Of a stretch of DNA of 64,000 nucleotides, positions 40,003-50,815 are shown piece after piece. The DNA lies in NCBI GenBank assembly GCA_010909165.1, contig VJWM01000118.1, positions 186,001 to 250,000 of the forward strand, in the 5' to 3' direction. Under the pieces are notes generated by a model. That model ran no database searches, was not told the origin of the DNA, and saw nothing but the letters and a program-made list of their open reading frames with translations. The first letter of the stretch is position 1, and every line of letters begins with the position of its first letter. Source of the stretch: Anthoceros angustus (Eukaryota; Plantae; Anthocerotophyta). Position numbers and translations under genes: made by a program.

Positions 40003-40311
40003 TGTCACAGAACAGCTCTGTGAGGCTTGAGCCAGAACTCGATCGGAGGAAATTGGCTCCTTGTTCAGGTTTCCGGATCTCTCTTGTACCCGGTCTGTTC
40101 AGGCCAAGAACAGCCACGTCCGGCCGTTACTGTGGACGGGCTCAACTAACTATACCCGCGGACGGGTTCAACTAACTATGCCCGTATTTATACTGTATTA
40201 TCTCGGTATTTATTCCGGATAATACTTAAACCGGAATTAATCTAGCTACTTAAACTAGCTGGGAAATGACTGTGTTCACACTTGTGTCGTGGGGTTGTCA
40301 CGGCTGTGACA
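40003..40311 (-). repeat. 5' LTR of the chromovirus
   Basis: TGTCAC...GTGACA ends, flanked by the PBS and the TSD. Confidence 0.92.
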
Positions 40312-42636
40312 GATTGCCTTCAATCTTGCCTATTTTCTCTTCCTGCTGAACCGCCTCGTTCGTGTCTCGATTTGCCCCGTCCGCATCTTCTACTCTTTTA
40401 AAATCCTTCAAGTTTCAGCTTCCCCTGGCTCTCCCTTTAAAGCTCTTTTTCGATCTAGCTTTCCCTCTCCCTCAGTTGCTTCCCAGTCTCTTGTTCCTGA
40501 CCCAGTCTACCGAACAATTCCGACCACTGAAGGTCTGGTCGCCTTTCTGGCTGGAGCCCAGGTCCTACAGCTGAATCGAATCTGCTTCTTGCCAATGCTG
40601 TTGGTTAAGAAGAACCTTCCTCCAGGAGCAGCTAAGAAAGAGTTGGCAGACTGGTCTGCTGCAAAATGCTGCGTGTTTGGCAATGATCTTCCCCTCAGGA
40701 CTGCTCGTTTAAGTAGCAGAGCTCGAGCTTGAAGTCTCACCAACTTGTGATTGTGCACTTTGGAACACATTGATCATTTTGCTAAATGGCAAGCTCCTCG
40801 TCGCCACCTGCCACGACAAGCTCAAGAGTGGGGATCGGACAGGAGTCTGGTAGAGCAAGCGTTGTTGCATTGTTCAGGAATTAGAAGCTTCTTCTGACAG
40901 GATGCACTAGTCTGAAATCCTGGATAAAGCTGAAGCTGAACAACGTTCCATGTGTCTTGGGACATACGGGTGGGGACCTTGGTTGATAACTGCAGGGTGG
41001 AGGATCTGACAGCCCCATACCTCATCTTCAACATGAAGGCTATCAGGTCGACATTGAAAGTGTGCAGGGAGGCAGAACCCTGATTGGCGAGAAAACGTCT
41101 GTCAAAGACCAGCACTGGCTGCAAAAGCAGAGAACAGGTTCAGGACGGTGCATCTCAATCACCTTACTTTTGAGCACCTCTGATCAGACCCTGGAGGAGC
41201 TCCTGCAGAAGTCAGAAGGTTCCTGCACGACGGTACTCTAAACAGAAAAACTTTGTCTTGTGTGCTCTCAATTGAAGCCATCTTTGTGTTGCATCTGCTG
41301 AATGTCGATCTGACTGTGGCCCTTCTCCTCTGCAGCGAGAGAGTTGTATGCTGGAGAACAGCCACGCCGTACCAAGAGACGCCACCCAACACACTCACAA
41401 AGCAGGTTAGGTTCTCCGAGGCCATTCCTCCAGACTGTGCCAACATTTCATCCCTTCGAACCATCAAAGCGTAACCCAAGAATCACACATCCCCGGCATT
41501 CAAGCTGGCTATTCCAGCAGCAGGTCCTCTCTTCAGATCAGACAATCCACTGTTTTCTCATCCATCGAGGCCGCTCCTGCTGTGCCCACATTTCATCCCT
41601 ACAAACCATCAGGCATAACCCAAGAATCACACGTCCCAGGCCTTCAAGCTGGCCATTCCAGCGGCCGGCCTTCTCTTCAGATCAGTCAATTCAATGTCTT
41701 TCCCATGGCTCGATACACCGATCCTCACATCTAGAAATTTGACAGACTGCTGAAGCACGGTTTCCTTTCTTCCTGCGTCATCGAGAAAAGGAGTACACAA
41801 AAGCAGCTTTCCCATGAACGATGCAAAGTGATCATCGAAGTTTCTGCCACCTTGAATCTTGAGTGGCCAGAGTCGCCGAATCCTGCCATCCCTGTCCGAG
41901 CACGGTCTCCAAGACTCCAACACCTCCGCCTGCTGCGTCATCTATTTTAATCCGACGTACTGTAGGCCATCGTTTGTTTTCACTGGGCTTGTCAGAGGCC
42001 AGAAGAGCCGCATCATATCGGCATGGCCCGAAGCCCCAGAATCCGTGTCGAAGCAGGCTCTTCTTGAGCCGCGGATTTGCGTGTGAAATTGGCGGTGGAT
42101 GTTTGGCCTCCTTCATGATCGCCCCATAAAATATTCCGGCTGGCGAGTTGCATTGAAGATCGTCAAATCTTCCTGCTAGAGAGGAGGAGAAGAGGACGAC
42201 GACGGCGTAGAGAGGGAGAGAGCCGGGATGTGGTACATGCAGAGAGAGAGACTGGGGCCATCAGGCGCCTGGCCGGGCCCGGCTGCAAGCTGTGCGCTTC
42301 GCAGACTGGTCAGAGAAGGACCGATTCCCTTTACTGGCCTCTGAGCTGCTATGCGCTCTCATCGCCATCGCCACTCGACCGTTGAGGACAGCGGGCCAGC
42401 ACGGCGCACTACCATCGCCATCGCCAGCGGCTTTGTCTCTCGGGAAGCCCGCAGTGCTGGAAGCAAGGGAAGAGAAGCGCTAGCGGCGAGGGAGGGTTGG
42501 ATTATCACGCTGGCTTGATCTGAGGAGGGTCTGGGAGAAGGAGGGATTGGATGCAGCGTGGGATGGAGTAGGGTGGAGGTTGGAGCAGAAGGAGGGGAAG
42601 GAAGGGAGCGGAGAGGAGGAGGAGGAGGAGGCCGGG

Positions 42637-44007
42637 ATGGGAGGTTTGAAGGAGCCGCAGGAGTTTAGCAGGACGGGGACGGATGAGCCGTCCTGGGCCA
42701 ACGATGAAACTTTTGGCGGGAATCAGTTTCTGGAGCCGCAGGCTGCCAAGAAGAACCCCTTGTTGCCGCTCATCTTCACCAAAATCAATGCGCTGAAGAA
42801 CGCAGGAATGCACTTGAGGAAGCGGTGGGAGGACTTGGGGAAGGAATCGGGGAACATCTCCCCGGGAGGACAGGAGACTGTCACTAACCAGCTCAAGTAC
42901 ATTGATGGCCTCATCGCGGACTTCTACAAGATCCATCAGTTCTACCAGAAGGCTTTCGGTACCGGAGTCTCTCCCCCGGCGAGCTTCAATGCCAACGCGT
43001 CGATGCACAAGCGGTCGCGGTCGGGGTCGAGTCAGACGAACATCTTTGAGAATCAAAAGGTGGCCAATCTGGAGGAGGATAACCGGAGGTTGAAGGAGAA
43101 GATGGCGGCGTTGGAAGCCGCGCAGAAGAAGCTTCTGGCTGAGGCTGCGAAGCATGCGGGGGGGACGGGATCGTACTTGGTTACGGCGGCCACGCCTCCG
43201 GAGCTGGAGTCTGTGGCTTACCCCAGGGCGAGGCTGGCGGTGGCCAGCTTTACCAAGGCGCTGGCTGCGCTGATTCGGGAATCGAAGCAGGGGGTGAATG
43301 ACAGCATCAGCATCCTCAACATCCTGAGCCCGGGCTCGGCCAGTGTGTATAATCGGATGAAATTCGAGAGGCCTCATCATAGGAAGTATGTGCTGGAGTC
43401 TTACATCTCGCAGATCCTGTTCTCCGGGCTGGAGAACGAGGCGTACACTATTGATAAGAACTTGGGGTCCCTGGATGTGATGGACCCGGAGAAATTTCAG
43501 AACAAATCGTATGAAGAGTACAAGACGCTGAAGTCGCTCAAGAGCACCAAGGCGGAGGAGCTGCGGAATGAGCATGATGACTTCTTCAAGTTCTGCTACG
43601 CTAAGTTCCGGGAGATATTCCCGGAGGAGCTGGAGCGTAAGCTCTTCACCAGCACGGCGGAGCATGGAGATGAGTTCATCCAGGGCCACCACCCTACCAC
43701 GCCTTTCTACGAGAAGAACTTTTCTCCTCTGGCTCTGTCCGTCTGGCTCTTGCGGCTTCTCATGTTCTCTTTCAACCCCGTGGCCACCATCTTCCGCGTG
43801 GAGACGGGGGCTGCCTTCAACGACACCTACATGAAGAGCGTTGTGGATCACACAGAGAATGAATCCGACAACTCAGAAGGGGACATTGACCACATGTCTG
43901 AGACTGGCCATCATCGTGACATGGAGGTGGGAGTAATGGTGATGCCAGGCTTCCGGGTAGGGAAGAACATCATCAAGAGCATCGTTTATCTGGTTCCCAG
44001 GGCCTGA
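42637..44007 (+). CDS. GIL1 / IRK-interacting (IRKI)-like protein, single exon
   Basis: Uninterrupted ORF from ATG 42637, with a coiled coil followed by HHRKYVLESYISQILFSG, GHHPTTPFY, VWLLRLLMFSFNP..IFRV..G..F...YMKSV and VGVMVMPGFRVG..IIKSIVYL, typical of this family. Confidence 0.85.
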   Translation: MGGLKEPQEFSRTGTDEPSWANDETFGGNQFLEPQAAKKNPLLPLIFTKINALKNAGMHLRKRWEDLGKESGNISPGGQETVTNQLKYIDGLIADFYKIHQFYQKAFGTGVSPPASFNANASMHKRSRSGSSQTNIFENQKVANLEEDNRRLKEKMAALEAAQKKLLAEAAKHAGGTGSYLVTAATPPELESVAYPRARLAVASFTKALAALIRESKQGVNDSISILNILSPGSASVYNRMKFERPHHRKYVLESYISQILFSGLENEAYTIDKNLGSLDVMDPEKFQNKSYEEYKTLKSLKSTKAEELRNEHDDFFKFCYAKFREIFPEELERKLFTSTAEHGDEFIQGHHPTTPFYEKNFSPLALSVWLLRLLMFSFNPVATIFRVETGAAFNDTYMKSVVDHTENESDNSEGDIDHMSETGHHRDMEVGVMVMPGFRVGKNIIKSIVYLVPRA

Positions 44008-44633
44008 TGAGCTTTTGTTTGGATGCTTTTTCTTTGCTCTTCCAGTTCCTGCCTTCCGTCCCTCCATCCTTGGGTCCTTATCTGATGTGTGCTCAAGCCA
44101 TTCGTTTAACAACAAAAAAAAGCAGGATGCTTTCCAAGCTACGTACAATAAAACCCAGTATTTATTCGGCCCATGTTACCACTGCATGTCGTGGGCTAGT
44201 TTCACTCGTTTTGTTCTTGCTCTTTCAAAGTGTTGGGTGTGAGGCAAGGATCATGCAGGTCCAGCTTGCCTGATGTGATTCTCAGCCTCCCTGCCCATTG
44301 CTTTGATAGATATCATGTACTGTACACACCCAGGGGTATCTCTGATGAGGCCGAGTAAAGACGGCGTATCTCTGCAGATGCTGCAATAGGTGTGCCAGTG
44401 CTTCCCTTTTCACTGCGTTGCAGAGTTGTTCGCCAATTAAAAGCTGCTTGCTGGACGAGGAAGATGACGCATGAGCTTCCAGGGTGCACGCGGTGAGTGT
44501 CAACAAAAGCAAGCGTGACATAGCTTGTTCCGCTTTTGTAGAAATGGAATTATAATACAAATGTTTTCAAGCAACCAAGCATTCGTTGAATCCTACGAGC
44601 TGGTTTTAACGCACTGAGTGATAAAGGCTACGC

Positions 44634-47600
44634 CTAACGTCTTGGATCAGCCTTCGTCTTGCCTTCGAAAAATTCCTGCAGCATTCGCTCCAGGTCTTCC
44701 GGGTTATATTTGATGTACTTGTGTGGATTCTTCCCGTTCTCCAAAATAGCGCTGGACCAAAGCAACATACGACGATAGACGAATCAATTCAGAAATCCGA
44801 TCAAGAAAAACCCTCTAAATACCTGTAATCTCGGTTGACAAGCTCGAGTTAAACTCTTAATGGCATACCTGTATCGCTTCAAGAAGGACCTGTAAGCTGG
44901 TAACATGACTTCTGCAACAGCTAGCCGCAGATTATCCGCAAATCTGCATCAGATATAGTCCATTGCGTCTGCTTCTGGTGCAATTCTTCAAACTGAATGT
45001 TGAAGTTTTTGAACCTGCACAGTGCAACCAAATGCAATCATCATCTGAAGATAAATAGCGAGGTTTCACTCTACACTTCATCTGGGTAGCGCACCGTTCT
45101 TTGAGAACAACCCGAGATATCCCACTGCTGCCTGAGTCACCGCCACCACCAGAACCCACTCCACTCCCTGATGAGGATAATCCTTGTCCACTTAAGTACT
45201 GAAGAACCTGAAAGCCATGAGAGCAGCCAAGTCCTGTCATTAGCACTGAATCCTTCCACGATCCTCACTCTCTAAGTAGTACTACAAAGGTGAGCACCTT
45301 TCCCAAGCAGCTCGTTGATAGGCATTAGCATGCTGCTGTACAATCCGCCGTTGTCTTTGCACCCAATCATCACCAAGCAGATCCTTTGCTTCTGACCTGA
45401 GACATGCTTCAAATTCATCTGTTAGCAAAAGCACTGTCCAATGCATAAAACCCGTATACCCATAAGGTACATTTCCTACCTTCGGACAGACTTGACCATA
45501 TAGTGTACATTGTTCATCAGGAACAGCTGCGACAGAGCAGGATCCTTGTACATCTTTGCTTTTCCTTCAAGGTTATTCTGAAGAACTTGCATGATACGCA
45601 TTGTTGCTGCAGCTAGATGAGACTCCGACTTCCCATCTTTCTCATGCTCCCCAAACAGTTGCTTCAGCGTATTCTGATAGCTGCTTGCAAGAGCCAGTAC
45701 CACAAGAAAAGTTAAGACTCAACCTTCTCGGGCTGATACGACTTCATTAACACTCGAGAAGAGGAGGGAAGGAGGAAGGAAGCTAGAGCGAAGTATCAGC
45801 CTTATTTTTCCACTTTACCACATAATGCTACTGGAAGGCTGAGGGCTGATACTATGCTTGAAGTCGAGGGAAATGGCCTTACTCAAGGATGAACTTGACA
45901 TAATTGATGACATAGCTGGTAAGAGGATGGACATTCCCATCGTGTACCAAGCTCTTTGTAGCATCTTTCTCGACAGCGTCCTCAAAGTCGCCGAAGGTCT
46001 CCTGCGCACAGCGAGCGAGGCGCTGTAAAAGCCCAACGCCAGCCTCACGTATGCCTGCAGATGCCTCGCCTGCAAATACAGTTTCAATCTGCAGAAACAC
46101 TAGCTATTTCAGAGAGCTAGGTTCGATTCAAGTCGTTGGAAGCTACAAGGCACAGAACCCCAGAAAAATTTAATCGCACCTCAGGTGTGAGATCACGCAT
46201 TGTCTCATACATGTCCAGCAGCACAAAAAGCTTTTCTGGTGACTTTTTGCTCTTCGCTATGGCGTCTCCAAAGCTGAGAAGCATCGTACAACTAGATTCC
46301 GTTACCTCTGCAAAGCATTTTTCCCTGTGGGGATCCAAATGATAGAATATTTTGTCACACAGCTTGCGCTCTGCAGCAAACAACTGTTTCACCTGTTCTC
46401 ACCAAAAGAACACAATTACAAAGATTCAGCGCCAGCATGCCATGGAATATGCCAGGCCAATTCAATAGCTCATACTCTTAAAAGATGCATGCAGTAAACT
46501 TTTACTTAGCAAACTCTACAGGTTTCTTTAAAAGGGACGTAGCTCTTAACTCACCGCAATACGCATATACTGTATCCAATTCCCAATCTTCCCTTCTAGT
46601 GCCTCCCACTGCATCTTTTGGACATCCTCCCTGCTCAACTTCTCCACTCCAAGTTTCCTAAGACTCTGCTCCAAAGTTGCTGCTCTCACATCTCTGTGAT
46701 GAAACAAGACAATCAGGCCAACAAATCTAAATACACAGCAGGCAAACAACAGCCAAACGGATGCGCACTACACACCACAGGGACCTAACTACAATATGCA
46801 GACCTGTATGCCTTCACACACTGTTGATGGTGACCAGCTGAGATCATCCGTTGGGCCATATCATGCAACTGGGGGATGAACCTCGGAGGAATGCCTAAAG
46901 GTAGTGAGGTTGCGGGTCCGTCGCCACCCTTAGAAAGCTTCCCTGTATCCACGGGTGGGACCTTCCTGCCATCTGCTGCAGAGGCAGAACTGGACGAAGA
47001 AGGGATGTGTGGAGACTTTGCAGAGCTTGGCAAGGACAAAGTCAGCTGGGCAGGATCAGCCGATTTGCTGCACAACTGGAACAAACATTAATTGCCTCTG
47101 CTAATGACCAGCAAACCTGCATTACATAACAGATCTCCTGGAGCTGAAAATCATGAGCTAGGGAACAAACAGCGACCTGTGTACAGTCAATATATGTCTA
47201 AACTCCTCCTCGATCCTGGTCATAGCTTTCACAAGCAGCCCACGTGCATGAGTGAGGGCACCATCACTACTCTTGAAGCTGCGATTGAACGTAAAGAACT
47301 CCACATTCTTCTGAAGCTGATCAACAGCTAGAAGGAAGCCACTTAAATCCTCCCTGGGTCCTTCCATTATCTTGTTCTCCACCTGCAGCACACAAAACCA
47401 AATACAACCACTCTCAACAACAGCATACTTCAGCGAAATTACAACCAACCTCAGGCAAGGTCACCCGGGCCTAACCTGCCGAGAAATATCAAACTGTGTC
47501 AGCACCGACTCAGTTGCCTTCAGCGTGTTATCAATGTTCTCATGGGCTTTCCGGAAAGCATGAGTGCGAACCTTCACAGCCACAAAGTGGCACACAACCA

Positions 47601-47892
47601 AGTCAGACCATCCTGGAGCTAACCCAGCAACACAACGATAACCCAATTCCGCTCAAGAATCCAACAACAGCACCCGGAACCCAACACTCCCAGATCTCCC
47701 ACCCCAGAATCCCCACCAAACAACCAAACCAGCGGCTTGCCTGAGTGGGTCGCATCGCAGCCTCCAGAGTCGACAGCCGGTGGTCGAAGGAACCCAGAAT
47801 GGTGATCATCTGCTCCGTGATGACATTGCTCTTGCTCAGGCTCTCGCGCATCAGCTGCGCGCGGGCCGTGAGCCTCAGATCGTCGGCCCCAT
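44634..47892 (-). CDS. EXO70A1: Exocyst subunit EXO70A, ~12 exons
   Basis: ILGSFDHRLSTLEAAMRPTQ, AHENID, LEQSLRKLGVEKLS, KSPEKLFVLLDMYE, DGNVHPLTSYVINYVKF, LFLMNNVHYMVKSVRR, KNPHKYIKY..FFEGK. Stop at 44634-44636. The likely start ATG at 47892 is 1 nt out of frame; the next in-frame ATG is 47851. Confidence 0.95.
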
Positions 47893-48237
47893 GGCGCTCG
47901 CCTCCTCAGCTCCAACCTCCCTACCTTCCCTACCAAATCCCGCCCTCGCCACCTCCCGAGGCTCCATCCAGCCCGTGTCCAGGCTCCCCGCCCGCCGCAT
48001 TGCCCGATCGCCACGCCCCCCTGCTACCCGCGATCCTCCCCGTCCCGAGCGCCCTGCCCACCACCCTGCTGCCGAGCCCGGCTCTCTGCCCGGCGATCCT
48101 TCCTGGAAGATTCCCTACCCTCCAGCTCGCCTGCCCTACCTTCTCCCGCGTCTAGAAGCTTTCACCCCGCTTTGATGACTTCGCTTCGCCCTCGGCTCCC
48201 GAGCTTCAAAGTTTGAAAGCCCGTGGATGCCGGTTTC

Positions 48238-48792
48238 ATGGCCGCCGCCGTATCGTCTGTGGGCGCCGCGATATTCCGAGCTCGCGTCCCTCCCGGGCTG
48301 TGGACCTCCCTGCCGGGGCCGCCTTCCGCGCTGCTGCTGTCGCCGCCGTCTGTGGGTCCGGTTTCTGGGTCCCTAGTGTCCGCTGGGCGCAGATTGCGCT
48401 GCGGAGCCGAGGCCCGGATGAGCGCGCAGGGGAGAGAGGCGGAGCCCGCCGCTGTGCGGAGCGTGCCGGTGCAGGTCGCCCACGAGCTCATCCAGGCGGG
48501 CCACCGCTACCTGGACGTGCGCACTCCTGAGGAGTTCGGGGCCGGACACCCCAAAGGAGCCGTGAACGTGCCCGTGCTCCTCAGAAGCGGAGGCGGCATG
48601 ACCAAGAACGCCGCTTTCCTGGAGCAGGTGCTGCAGCATTTCGGCAAGGACGACGAGATCGTTGTGGGTTGCCAGAGCGGGAAGCGCTCCTTGATGGCTG
48701 CTGCCGAGCTGCAGGCCGCCGAGTTCACCGGCGTCACGGATGTCAGCGGTGGCTACTCTGCCTGGCTGCAGAGTGGGCTTCCGGTGGAGTAG
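48238..48792 (+). CDS. STR16: Single-domain rhodanese/sulfurtransferase (STR16-like) with probable organellar transit peptide, intronless
   Basis: SVPVQVAHELIQAGHRYLDVRTPEEF..GH..GAVNVP, active-site loop VGCQSGKRS, DVSGGYSAW..SGLP. The N-terminus is Ala/Ser/Pro/Arg-rich. Confidence 0.9.
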   Translation: MAAAVSSVGAAIFRARVPPGLWTSLPGPPSALLLSPPSVGPVSGSLVSAGRRLRCGAEARMSAQGREAEPAAVRSVPVQVAHELIQAGHRYLDVRTPEEFGAGHPKGAVNVPVLLRSGGGMTKNAAFLEQVLQHFGKDDEIVVGCQSGKRSLMAAAELQAAEFTGVTDVSGGYSAWLQSGLPVE

Positions 48793-49068
48793 CTGCCGCT
48801 CGGGTGTTTCCATGGGTTGTTGCATGTTATTGCAGCAGTTGCAGGAGTAGGAGATGGAGGTGGATTATGGGTTCTTTCGTGTTGAGGTCGTAGGAGTTGG
48901 AGATGGAGGTGGGTTTCGGCAATGTTGAAGTTGTAGCAGTGGAGGAGAAGGAGATGGGTTCTATTATGATGCAGTTTGTAGGGGTAGGAGGAGGTGGAGA
49001 TGGATTATTTTGCATGTTGCAGTTGTAGGGGTAGGAGGAGTTGTATGGGTGTGGTATTTTAGGATCCT

Positions 49069-49990
49069 TTGACCCTTGGAAGTGCAAGGAGTTTTGGTGT
49101 CATGTGTTCCAGTCCCTGTGCGTTTCCCTCGGGGTTGGGTTTTGGTGGCCATGTGCATCTTCGGGGCTCATGCATGCGGATGCCTGTTCTTGCCGCCTCC
49201 AGGAAGGCAGCAGGTTGTGGCGAGGAGGCTTGGGGTTTGCGGGAGAAGGAGTTTGAGGAGAAGGCGGAGCGGTGGATGCGGTTGCATGAGTCGTGGTTGG
49301 AGGAGAGGAGGGCCTGGGAGGCAGTCAAGAGGGGGCTGCTGATGGAAGTGTCCAGCCTGAAACTGCAGACCCAGGTTTTGAAGGAAGAGTTAGGGACCTT
49401 GGAGGGCAGGGCGAATTTGCAGAGCCCCATGTCAGCTATGCAGGCTGCGGAGACGTTGCTTGGGAGAGGGAAGATGGATGCAAAAGAAGCAGTCGGAATT
49501 GAAAGCGCTGGCGAAGATGTTGGAAATGCAGATGAGCAGGTTTCTGGGATGGAACTGCAATTTGTGGGAGATGGTGCGGATGATCGACCCAATGCGGCAC
49601 TTGCACGTCAAGGTGAAACTGGTTGTCTTCCTGTTGCAGGAGGACCTGGATTGGATGTTGTTTGCAATGTTCTTGGTGTAAGGTCTTCCCCGGGCCTGGA
49701 TCTTCGAGCATGTTCTGAGACGGAAAGAAGTGCTGAGACAGTAACCGGGGTAGAGTCTATCGAGATAACTGAGATACCTCAGGCAGATGCCAAGTTATTT
49801 CATCAACCCATACAACTGAGGGAGCTCAATGTGCATGCCTATGTCCATAATGCACTTAGAGCGAGCTACATGCGGAGATGGATGCGGAACAGGATTGATG
49901 ATTTTAGTGAGTGAGAACACGCACTGCGGTCATGTGCTACACGAGGCGTGTTCTTGGTAGTAGCGATGAAGACGCAAGAACTAGTCCCCG
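49069..49990 (+). pseudogene. Coiled-coil ORF, possibly a degenerate pTAC5-like (peptidoglycan-binding) gene
   Basis: A 281-aa open frame. REKEFEEKAERWMRLHESWLEERRAWE..LLMEVSSLKLQ resembles the Trp/Glu/Arg coil of pTAC5. The 3' end shows frameshifted fragments (DFSE, TRTAVM). Recognition is from memory only. Confidence 0.35.
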
Positions 49991-50305
49991 TTGTTTGTAT
50001 ATAGGTTAAAGATACGTGTGCACTTCTGAAGTACATAGGATATAGCGGTTTCAGAGCCGCGTCGTTTGTAGTGCCCAACAGATTCCGTCTATTTCTCAAT
50101 ATCACTCCCAGGCTTGTGCGTAACCTCATTTGTGTCTAAAGTGCACAAACTCTTGTTCTAGGGGGGCCGGGACTTAAGTTTACAGTGGAGGGCCCCGGCG
50201 ATATCGTGAGCTCTCTTCAAGGGCATATCATCCGGGCAACTGCTGCAAAATCGTCCCCTAGCGGTGAGGGTGACGATCTGTAGGATGTCTTTGTGGTGGT
50301 TCCAG

Positions 50306-50470
50306 CGGAGATAAGTCTGTTTATGAGGAACACCCGGAGGTAAGTCAGTTTAAGAGGAACACCCGGAGGTAAGTCAGTTTATGCGGAACACCCGGAGGCG
50401 CTGTTTTACAAGTCATTCCCCACAGTGTACAAGCCGAGATGTCATTCCCCACATTGTACAAGCCGAGATG
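50306..50470. repeat. Two adjacent 29-bp tandem repeats
   Basis: GGAACACCCGGAGGTAAGTCAGTTTA.. about three times, then GTCATTCCCCACA.TGTACAAGCCGAGAT twice. Confidence 0.85.
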
Positions 50471-50815
50471 CCCTGTAGACCACTTTCGGAGTTTTGCACT
50501 ACCTCCTTAAAAGTAGTAGCTTGTTGCCCAAAACATGCTCTGAAAATTGATGGTGGAGGAAAGATTATTGGTTTGGAAAGGGTTAAATTTTGCTATGATG
50601 GGTGATCGCATGTTCCACTTGAAAAGTATTGGCTGACATAAAAAGCTGGTTAACGCTGTCTCTTGGTAGTTTTGAGTACCTCTTAAAAATAATAGATTAT
50701 TCTTTGGAAGAAGTAATTTCCATTCATCATATAAATAGATTTCACCTATAGTTATCGCTTTCATTCCATAATCTCTTCTACATTGTGTGTGCGAGTTCCT
50801 CGAGGACTCGTCATA

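Larger units (their letters stand above)
30759..40311 (-). mobile_element. Full-length Ty3/Gypsy chromovirus LTR retrotransposon (frameshifted; 5' region multiply duplicated)
   Basis: LTRs at 30759-31051 and 40003-40311 with TGTCAC...GTGACA ends. TSD GATTG at 30754-30758 and 40312-40316. PBS TGGTATCAGAGC and PPT GAAGGGGAGAA. gag WIDKMERY..AYRWW, knuckle [36 protein letters not shown], RNase H NYPVHDKEMLAIV, integrase HPETDGQTE, chromodomain-like HYLA..EPDATATWE. Confidence 0.95.

Noticed and set aside
38580-40311. Independent small non-autonomous element (TRIM) bounded by two LTRs
   Set aside because: The interval contains duplicated host flank and the same TSD as the main element, so it is a tandem duplication rather than a separate insertion.
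40312-42200. Coding-like minus-strand fragments with a ~145-bp internal duplication; in-frame TGA/TAG stops might suggest U-to-C editing
   Set aside because: No frame is clearly the real one and no family is recognisable. U-to-C editing is an organellar phenomenon; methylation-driven C>T decay or chance explains the stops.
42505-43851. 448-aa minus-strand ORF
   Set aside because: Antisense shadow of the GIL1/IRKI-like CDS.
50221-50473. Possible PIF/Harbinger MITE (GGGCATATC ... GAGATGCCC)
   Set aside because: Only a 9-bp imperfect inverted match, and no TAA/TTA target-site duplication.
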